Part shown: positions 54,409-64,000 of the stretch, piece by piece
Position numbering within the stretch: position 1 is the first letter of the stretch
How the letters are laid out: each line of letters opens with the position of its first letter
Assembly: GCA_951406725.2 (NCBI GenBank)
Contig: OX597816.1
Coordinates: forward strand, 153,946,001-154,010,000
Source: Octopus vulgaris
Lineage: Eukaryota
Reading direction: 5' to 3'
Length of the DNA stretch: 64,000 bases
Translations under genes and position numbers: made by a program
Notes under the pieces: generated by a model
What the model saw: the letters and a program-made list of their open reading frames with translations, nothing else
Database searches by the model: none
Told to the model about the DNA's origin: nothing

Positions 54409-55310
54409 CTACAAAAGAAAAAGTTTTCAAGAAGTAAAAACTTATTGTATTTTGTTCTTGGTGGCAATATTTTAAAGTTTTGTTTTATGTTGTTATTGTT
54501 TTTGCATCTTTCTTATAATGAATATATCTTTTCCTTCCTTTCTTCATTTTCCCTTTATTATGAATTCTGAAATGTTCCTTATCAATTATTCAGTTTGTTT
54601 TCTATTATATTATAGTTTCCATAGATTCTTTGTTCTACTAGTGACACCCAGATACAAGCAGCTGACTTCCCCATTGTGATCATTATATTTAAGTTTGTGT
54701 ATGGACATATACATGTACATTTACCTGGATATTGTGTGTATACATGTGTATGTGTGACTGAATGTGTATATGGGAAAATGTGATTGAGTGCATACATGTG
54801 TGTGTGTGCATATGGGCAAGTGTGTGTGTGCGTGCGTGCCTATGGTATTCAGTTAACATTTATTCTTGAAAACTTGACAGATTTATGAGACACATGATAA
54901 GGTAGCAGTCTGTATGTGGAAAATGAGTAATAAGTTTCAGTTTTTAAAAACAAATGCTGAACATATCTTGTTTGTATTTGTGTTTTATTAAAATGCTTAT
55001 ATTATGAATTCCTTTTCTCTTGACTTTACACACACAAACTAAAGTGATTTTGTGTGAGTGTGTGTGAACTGGCACTGATATTAAATAGTGTTAAATACCT
55101 ATAGTATGTAAAACAGTGGCTCCATTTCTCTGAAGCCACTGGATTTGTTGTGTACACAAACAGGTTGGCTATTTGTTTGTTTGGGATTGGTGAAGTGATG
55201 TAGACACTTCATATGAAAACCCAATAAGGTTAAAAAAATTGATTATGTTTTGTTCATTCTTTTTCAATCTATGGAAAAATAGTTAAATCTGCCCAGAGTG
55301 TAAGTCTACC

Positions 55311-55370
<60 letters not shown>

Positions 55371-55372
<2 letters not shown>

Positions 55373-55766
55373 CCTCGCCTCCCCCCCCCCCCCGTGCAGG
55401 TGGCACGTAAAAAGCACCATCTGTTTGTGGCTGTTGCCAGCCTCGCCTGGCCCCCGTGCCGGTGGCACGTAAAAAACGCCATCCGATCGTGGCCGTTGCC
55501 AGCTCCGCCTGGCCCCCGTGCCGGTGGCACGTAAAAAGCACCATCCGTCCGTTGCCGTTTGCCAGCTCCGTCTGGCATCTGTGCGGGTGGTATGTAAAAA
55601 GCACCCACTACACTCACGGAGTGGTTGGCGTTAGGAAGGGCATCCAGCCATAGAAACACTGCCAGATCAGACTGGGCCTGATGCAGCCTTCTGGCTTCAC
55701 AGACCCCAGTTGAACCGTCCAACCCATGCTAGCATGGAAAGCGGACGCTAAATGATGATGATGATG
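55371..55766 (+). mobile_element. Young RTE-family 3' UTR copy with ~62-bp tandem subrepeats
   Basis: ggtggcacgtaaaaa units at 55399, 55461, 55523 and a variant at 55586; CpGs retained; ends catggaaagcggacgctaaa(tga)n. Confidence 0.8.
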
Positions 55767-55784
55767 GTGTGCGTGTGTGTGAAG

Positions 55785-56035
55785 GATAAAGACCTTCAGT
55801 CAAAAATGACCATGAGATTGAACCTAGAAAGTTCCCCTCTCCACACCACTGATGTTATCCAAGGAAAAGGCATAGGCTGATACAGCTTGGCACCAGTGAT
55901 GTCACAACTCATTTCTACAGCTGAGTTAACTGGAGCAATGTGAAATAAAGTGTCTTGCTCGTGACACAAAACACAGCCTGGTCCAGTAAGTGAACTCACA
56001 TCCTCACGATTGCACATCTGATGCTCTAACTACTA
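55785..56035 (-). mobile_element. SINE with CORE-like block, fourth family
   Basis: Minus strand CGAGCAAGACACTTTATTTCACATTGCTCCAG, downstream of a degenerate tRNA-like head. Confidence 0.5.
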
Positions 56036-56259
56036 TATATACCTACATGTATACATACACACATATAGTATAGGTGCGTGCCTGGCTGGGTGCCTAAGAA
56101 GTTTGCTTTGTAACTATGTAGTTCCAAATTCAATCTCATTGTGTCATTTTGTAGCACCTCAGCAAGTGTCTTCTGCACTAGCCTCAACCAATAACTTGTG
56201 AATGAAATTTGGTACAGAAGTCTTATGTGTAAATGTGTATATGTTTACAGATGACTATG

Positions 56260-57012
56260 AAGCTGCTAGAATAAGAATAGGCTGGGCAAAGTTCAGAGAG
56301 CTTTTACCTTTATTGGTAACAAAGGGCCTCGCTCTCAAAATGAAGGGCTGATTGTATGATGCCTGTGTGCGAACAGCTATGTTACACAGCAGAGAAATGT
56401 GGGCTGTGACCGCAGAAGACATGCAAAGGCTTGAAAGAAATTAAGCTAGTATGCTTCGCTGGATGTGCAATGTCAATGTGCCTGTACGACAGAGTGCATG
56501 TGTCTTGTGAGAAAAACTGGGTATAAGGGGCATCAGATGTGATGTGCAAGAGAGACAACGATGGTGGTATAGTCATGTGATGCATATGGATGAAGACAGC
56601 TGTGTAAAGAAGTGCTGATCTCTAACTGTGTGGGGAGCCTGTAGATGAGGTAGACCCAGGAAGGCATGGGACAAGGTGGTGAAGCATGAATTTTGAATGT
56701 TGGGCCTCACAGAGGCAATGACAAGTGACCGAGACCTTTGGCAATATGCTGTGCTTGAGAAGACTCATCAAGCCAAGTGAAATTGTAATCAAGGCCAATG
56801 CCAGTGTCATGTAACTGGCACCTGAGCCAGTGGTGCATAGAAGCTCCCATTATACTCTTGGAGTGGTTGGCATTAAGAAGGACATCCAGCCATAGAAGGC
56901 ATGCCAAATCAGACTGGAACCTGGTGCAGGTCTCTTGTTTACTAGTTCCAGTCAAACCATCTAACCCTTGCCAACATGGAAAGCAGACACTAAATACTGC
57001 TGCTGATGATGA

Positions 57013-57015
<3 letters not shown>
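56260..57015 (+). mobile_element. 5'-truncated RTE-type LINE, same family
   Basis: Same RIRIGWAKFRELLP-encoding DNA, same 3' UTR and (GAT)n tail. Confidence 0.85.
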
Positions 57016-57065
<50 letters not shown>

Positions 57066-57068
<3 letters not shown>

Positions 57069-57635
57069 TCGTCATTCAACATTCGTTGTCCATGCTGGCA
57101 TGGGTAGAACAGTTTGACCAGGCCTGGAAGGCTGCACCAGTTTCCAGTCTGATTTGGCATGCTCTAGGGCTGGATGCCCTTCCTAATGCCAACCACTCCA
57201 AAAGTGTAATGGGTGCTTTATGTGCCACAACTATGGTTTTACTTGGCTTGATGGGTCTTCTTCTCAAGCATGGCATAATGCCAAAGGTCTTGGTTATTCA
57301 TCATTGCCTCCATGAGGCCCAACACTCAAAAGGTGCTTTTCACATGCCACCAGCATCAGCCACCTTGCTTTTGTGAGGCCCAGTGCTCAAAAGGTGTGTG
57401 TTACATGCCATTTACATGACACCAGTATCTTCCACAATTACGATTTCACTTAGCTTGATAGGTCTTCCCAAGCACAGCATATCGCGAAAGGTTTTGGTCA
57501 CTAGTCATTGCCTCCGTGAGGCCCAAAGTTTGTAGATCATGTTTCATCAACTCAACCCATGTCTTTCTGGGTCTCCTTGTACCACAGGTTCCCTCTATAG
57601 TTAGAGATTGACACTTCTTTACACAGCTGTCTTCA

Positions 57636-57638
<3 letters not shown>
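57066..57638 (-). mobile_element. RTE-type LINE 3' fragment in opposite orientation
   Basis: EDSCVKKCQSLTIEGTCGTRRPRKTW on the minus strand plus the reverse-complemented family 3' UTR. Confidence 0.82.
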
Positions 57639-57671
<33 letters not shown>

Positions 57672-59010
57672 TATAAGACAAATAAGAAAATGGAGAGGAT
57701 AAACAATTGACAAACATCAGCCTCTAAACATTCAATTATATCTATTTATTAAGTGATTCAAGCAAATGAATGAAATAAGCCAATAAATACATAAACAGAT
57801 ATATATATATATATATATGAGTGTACAGATGCTAAACTCTTACAGCCGTTTCTACCATGAGGTATCCAAATCTTCCAGGTTATCCTCATCATGTCAGTGA
57901 TATACAAGGATGAACAAACATTGGACAGGCATTAAACAATGGTTGATCCCCAAGGCTTCGTCAAAGAGTCCAAATGTTAGGAAACTAACTTGTGGGGAAA
58001 GTAAGTTAAAATAATAGAGTAGGGTAAAATAAAATAAAAATAATGTAATAGACATAGTAAGGAATGGTAAAAACTTTATTATATTTATTATATATGTATA
58101 TATAACAAAGCTCTTACCATTATAACCTTAGCTTATAAGGAAAAGTATTATATTCTTTTTACTATAGGTACAAGGTTTTGAATTTTGAGGGAGGGAACTA
58201 GTTGATTACATTGACCCCAGTGTTTGACTGGTACTTATTTTACCAACCCTGAAAAAAATCAAAGGTTAAGTCGACCTTGACAGCATTTGAACTCAGAATG
58301 TAAAGCCGGAAGAAATGCTGCTAAACATTTTATTCAGGATGCTAACTATTGTACCAGTTTGCCAATTTAAGTCTACTTATTTATATTGAGTGTTTTTATT
58401 TATTGTTTGTACACTCAAATGTGTATAATGTACGCACGTGTGTATCCACACAACCCCACACCCACACAGACACTATGACAATGACTATACAGTCATAATG
58501 ACTGTGAATAAACTGCTATAAATACACTTTTAGCTTCATATTTTGATCATTAGCAATAGTTGTATATATTTACTTATTTCAACATGTTTCCTTGACAACA
58601 CATGAAAACAAAATGTAGAGCATACATAAGGAGGAGTATGAGGGAGGGGAAGAGCAATTATTTGTCCAATTAATTTACTACCAAATACTTGATATCCTCT
58701 CACCTTCAGCTATTCCCCCTTCCTGCCACCACCTCGGCACAACTTTAGTCAAGTCTTATTTTTGCTCCTCTCACTTTAAATATTTCAGTAATTGAGCATA
58801 TGTATGATTGTATTTGTGTGTTTGTGTGAGTTTATGTGGGTGGATAGAGATTGTGTGTGTACATATATATAATATGTGTGGGAGTATGTATATCTGTCTA
58901 TATTAGTTTTTTTATGTTTAGTTATAAATAAAAACAGTTTAACATTAAGCTGAATTAAGCTGTAAAAGTTAACAAGCATATATATTTGAAAACATGTCTA
59001 TGAATGCATA

Positions 59011-59773
59011 TACAGGGTGCAGTGAATAAACTGTCATCTAAATTGTGCAAAAATGAAAATAACACTGACATCTCATTTTAACTGATATATTTACCAAAAT
59101 TACATAAAAATATCTTGAAATACTAAAGAGTAAAATTTATTCAATAAAACCGCCATTGGCTTTAACCACAGTCTCACTTCGGAATCTTTTGTTACTCTTC
59201 CAGATGAATCCTTGCCTTTAGTTCATCTTTGGTGTTACAAGGAGTTGTGGTAGTCTCTCGCTCAAATGCACCGCACACATAATAATCAAGGGGGTTGCAG
59301 TCTGGGAAGTTAGGTGGCCAAATGTTAGGGGTGGTGTGGTTGCAGAAATTGTCTGATAGCCATGACTGGGTTCTCCTGCTTGTATGGCATTGTGCAGTCC
59401 TGTTGCCAGACATAGGGTCTTCCAGCAGCCACCCTCTTGACCTAGGGCAGCACTACCTTCTCCTGGCACTTGATGTAGGCCTCCGTGTTGAATCTGAGGC
59501 CGTATGGGAAGATGAATAGAGGCATGACGTCGCCATCACTAGTGATCACTCCTAACACCATGATGTTGACTGGGTGTTCTTCCAGCACGAATGCCAAGCT
59601 ACAGCATGCCATTTCCAAATTTCTGGCAGAGTGAATTGCATCATGATGCAGTTTCTCACAGACAGTGCCCAACTGACCCTACTATACTGTGTAGTCAACA
59701 AAATTAAAAACAAACAATGCACATGCATGAAATTAAAAATATAAAATGACAACAATTTACCCATCGCACTCAG
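59011..59773 (-). mobile_element. Internally deleted Tc1/mariner-superfamily (maT-like) element
   Basis: WPPNFPDCNPLDYYVCG and VMVLGVITSDGDVMP-like (IMVLGVITSDGDVMP) fragments. Imperfect TIRs cagggtgcagtgaataaactgtc / acaatttacccatcgcactcag. Confidence 0.8.
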
Positions 59774-60099
59774 AGTGTTTAATATGTATAATAGACTGAA
59801 ATATATATAACTGTACAGTGCATTGGTCATATTACATTGCAGCTCAATTTCATACCTAAGGTTGCTATGTATAAAAGTTCAAACTTTTACTCTAATATCA
59901 GCACTATATATGAATTGTTACACTTTTCGTGTAAAGTTTTTGGTATTTAGAAATATTGAATTTCTAAATGTCTAAATTTTGAAAATATGTAAGGGGCATA
60001 ACTCATTGCATCATAATATTTAATGTTAAGAATCAATTGAAATTATGAAAGTATCAATCAATAAGGATTGATAATATAAATAATACACTGTGGAGATAG

Positions 60100-61960
60100 A
60101 GAGTATTTCACAGTGAGTAGAGGATGAGAGTGTGAGTGTTCCAAGTAAATAGTAAAGTATTGATCTATTCAATCATTCAGTTTACTGAAAGGCGAGTCCA
60201 GAGGAAGTCCTCTGACAACTGGTGAGATTAATGTTGTAGGTCAACTCCTGTAGAAAAGACATGAGGAGGGAAAAGATTCCAGAAGGTTAATGCTCTGGGA
60301 ACGAAGGACTAGGCCAGTATTGGGAAAGCAGGATTAGATGCAACAAGAGTGACAAGAGGTGTAGAGTGGGTGAAATACCTGAGTGGTGGAGGTATGAGAC
60401 CACCCAGCTCAAAGCAGAGGTCATTATAGTAGTGACAGAAATGACAAAAAGACAAGACAGCATGCCTATGACTAGTGAATAGAGTGTGTGTGCATTAGTA
60501 TACCAATCAGCTAAGTGGCTCTTCTCTATCCAGGATGTCAGTGTGCATAGCAGCAACATTATTCAAAATGTGGCCACAGTGCTCCATTGTTGGATTCATT
60601 TGAGTCTTGTAAAGTATGAACAACTATTGGGGAATGAAAAATTTTCTGCCCTAAATAGAAAGGTTAGCTATGCAACTGATGTGTTTGTATCAGGAGAGAT
60701 CCTCAGTGATAGTGAGGCCCTGTATTTGATGCAACTCTGAAGGTACTAACTGAGTTTCTCCCATGTGTGAGGTGGGGTGCCAGGCTGTTTTATTTATAGG
60801 AGTACTGCTTTAACACTTGAGAAGGGGTTTTTTTTCTAATAAAAGAGACAGAATTGGCATGGCCTCACTGGAGAATGCTCTCAAGGTCTCCATTTAAAGA
60901 ATCAATGTTAACTTGGTGTGTTGTATCTAAGTTGCATATGGAAGATGCATGCTGAGGGAGGAATGGTTATGCCATCTACATAGCAGTGAACATTGTTGGA
61001 TGTGGCAGTAATCAGGTCATTGATGTCTAGAAGGAAGAGTTGGGGACAGAACCAAACCCTAGGGAACACCAGAATTGATTGAGAGATGAGCAGAAAGAGC
61101 TCTGTCAACACATTCTGCAATGGTATGATAGGAATACAATAGGAAACTACAGATCTAAAAGATGAGAGGTGGAGCTTGTGGGTGGGAACCTTTGGTTGGA
61201 GTTTTGCATGCCAGACAGTCAAAAACTTTACTGATGTCTTGGGCAATAATATTGCTTTCACTGATTTCTCTAAAACAAGAGCCCACTGATGAATAACATA
61301 AGAGGATATGGCTCTGTGGAAACCATGCTGGTGGTCACTGAGGAGAGAGAGAGATTCAAAGTAATGTAGAATGTCATTGTTAATGGATGTTTCCATTACT
61401 TTACTCTCATTCTAGCATCTTCACTACTTTGAGATGTTAGAAGTGAGAATATTGAGGTGATAATTGACTGGATTAGAGAAGTTGCCTTTCTTTGAAATGG
61501 GACACATTGAAGCATATTTCTAATTGTCGGAGTATATCACTGTAGAAATTGAGAAATTTATAAGTTTGATAAGTATGGGAGCATGTTCTTGAGTGCATTG
61601 CTTAAGTGTAATGGAAAGGACATTGTCAGTCTGTGACCTTGTTTTTGAGCAGGGTAGAGAAACCTATTGGAGTGGAAGAAGGTAAATTTAGAGACAAATA
61701 CCCCAGGGGCTACAGTGCAGAGTTTGATGTAAAGGTGGTTGCGTTCTCCATGAGGGTACTTAGGGAGCCATCATTGTTTAAAAGAGGAAAGAGAACTGCA
61801 AAGTTGGTGGAGATCCTTTTGGAAAGGAACTAGAAGAATCAGCTGTAGTTTAGAAGGCAGGAAACGACTACAAGGACTTTTGTTTTGTGGGAGATGTGAA
61901 CTGTCTAGGAGTGAACCACATGTATTGCCAGGAATAATTGACATATAACTGGCAGAGCCC
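60100..61960 (-). mobile_element. Decayed LINE (CR1/Jockey group) reverse-transcriptase region
   Basis: LLSDHQHGFHR, VWHAKL, GVP.GxVLSP-like, LFLLDINDL and VHCYVDG (YADD-like) remnants with frameshifts. Confidence 0.78.
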
Positions 61961-62963
61961 AACCAATTAGATGTTTTGTGTTATTTTCCAGTATTTCAGT
62001 AGATATTTATCAAAATAGCAATATTTGGTGATGATTTTTGACTGACACATAAATATGGGCATTTATTAAGTTTGTTTAGTTATCTGGGCTCTTTTCCACT
62101 TGTATAACCCTACCATTCTTTGTAACATTTCTGGGTGGTCTGTCTCTCTTGATGAAGTTCCACTTTATATTGAATGCAATAGCATGTCCTTTCAAATTCT
62201 GGGTATTTGTTTTATAAAAACATACTTGTATGCATGTGCATGTGTGAAAATATATGTGCATGTCTTTGTAAGTGTTTGTGTGGGCATACACACACACAAA
62301 CATTCTAACATGCTGGATTGGAAGACAGGAGAGCTTTTAAATTTTCCATTTACCAAAGCTATGTGGTGTTTATGCATATTTAAACTTGGTTTGTTACAGG
62401 TGAATTTTACCTCACAGATTATCATGCACACATGCACATTTTGATATATATGCCTATATATGTATAGTATGTGTATATTTGTGGGATGAATAATAATCAT
62501 CATCATTTTAACATCTACTTTACTATGTTTGCATGGTTCAGATGGAATTCATTGAGATAGATTTTATACAAACAGATGCCTTTCCTCATCTGTTTCCAAG
62601 TAAGGTAATATTTCCCCCCTGCTTGAACATGTTTTCTCAGACAGCACTTGTATGGTAATAACACTTGCTTACAACTATCATGTGATCTGAAGACAAATAT
62701 TTGCACACAAATACATATTTATAACAGGTTTCTTTTAGTTTTTATTTATCAAATCTACCCACAAGACTTTGGTCTGTCTGGGCTATAGTAGAAGACACTT
62801 GAACACTTGTCCAATGTGCCACACAGTGGGACTGAACCTGAAACTATGTAGTTGAAAAACAAACTTTTTAACCACACAACCTTGTTGCACATGAACATGT
62901 ACATTCATGTATACCAAATTTCCTGTATAACCACTCATGAACATACATGCGTGCACACATTAC

Positions 62964-63267
62964 TTAATTATTTCTACAGGGTTGATCAATCCTTTAGAAA
63001 TGGAAGATAAAAATCTCCTAAACATGAATGACATATTGTTTCAGAGAGGTAGACATCTCACCTCTTCAACACACAGCACTCCTCCCCAAATCCTTCACAG
63101 GCTTCAATGTAGTAGGTGGGTCAATATAGTACAATAATCTTTTCCTAAGTGATGATATGTGTTGAAGAGGTGAGATATCTACCTCTCTGAAACAATATGT
63201 CATTCAGGTTTAGGAGATTTTTATCTTCCATTTCTAGAGGATTGATCAACCCAGTAGAAGTAATTAA
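62964..63267. repeat. Long inverted repeat: 110-bp arms, 5 mismatches, 84-bp spacer
   Basis: 62964-63073 is the reverse complement of 63158-63267 by direct comparison. Confidence 0.95.
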
Positions 63268-63782
63268 ATCACCTTTAAAAGAAAAGAAAGGCTACATTAT
63301 ATAGTCCAAGATAACAAATAGTATGGCCACCAACTCTTTGATCATGGGCCTACTTTAACACATTTACCCAGGGTTAAACAACAACAACTTTCTTGAAAAG
63401 AAAATAGCTATATTGACATAGTGATTGTCAAACGATGTGAGTGGGGGAGGGTAGTCTTTGAATTTTCTAAACATAGTGTCAGAGGTGGGAGTTGGGTCTA
63501 TTGCTGGGGTATAGTGAGAGTGAGCTGTGGACTGGGGTTCATAAAGTAAATACATTAACCACCACCACACCAGCTTAGGTCACCCTTACTACTAACTACT
63601 ATCTCTGCCTTTGACAGAAATTCAAAGTGGCAGTAGTGGAACAATGGGAAGGGTACGGGGTGACAATGATAATGATGATTAACCTTATAACATTCTTCAA
63701 TCCATATGGGTGAGGTGGTAAGTAGATGTTACTAAATTTATTGACATTTTGTGCAAAATAGTGACATCTCCCTTCTCTCACC

Positions 63783-63867
<85 letters not shown>

Positions 63868-64000
63868 CATAGTGTTTATTCACCAATACTTAAATTCACA
63901 AGTACACAACAAACATTAAATACATATAGTGCAATAAACACATATGAATATATATTCATATACATACATGCACAAATTGTAACTTGCCGTTAGTATAATA

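Noticed and set aside
55399-55610. Regularly spaced repeats resembling a CRISPR array
   Set aside because: The 'spacers' are homologous to each other, the context is a eukaryotic LINE 3' UTR, and there are no cas genes.
57836-57898. Minus-strand ATGATGAGG...GAAACGGCTGTA hammerhead-like motif
   Set aside because: C3 of the core is missing, stem II does not abut GAAA and stem I does not pair. At best a relic that cannot be supported from this copy alone.

Overview
AT-rich, repeat-dense eukaryotic genomic DNA. The SINE, RTE-LINE and microsatellite content resembles an octopus (coleoid cephalopod) genome; this is inference from repeat content, not a database result. Most ORFs in the supplied track are microsatellite or transposon artefacts. 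Reading splice signals by hand gives one phase-consistent minus-strand gene across almost the whole window. Its exons are 53200-53888, 11251-11428, 4842-4927, 3789-3891, 2310-2393 and 498-1154 (~598 aa, ~42 kb first coding intron). It encodes an unrecognised type I membrane protein: signal peptide, TM helix, CCC cluster and a long acidic, probably disordered tail with possible actin-related short motifs. Introns and flanks hold tRNA-derived SINEs, RTE/CR1-type LINE fragments, three decayed Tc1/mariner elements and TTAA-flanked MITEs. The most striking non-coding element is a tRNA-headed SINE-like unit at ~29.9-30.1 kb carrying a minimal type I hammerhead ribozyme with all core nucleotides present; decayed hammerhead-like motifs occur elsewhere. 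Two long near-perfect fold-back hairpins lie at 8.9-9.1 kb and 63.0-63.3 kb.
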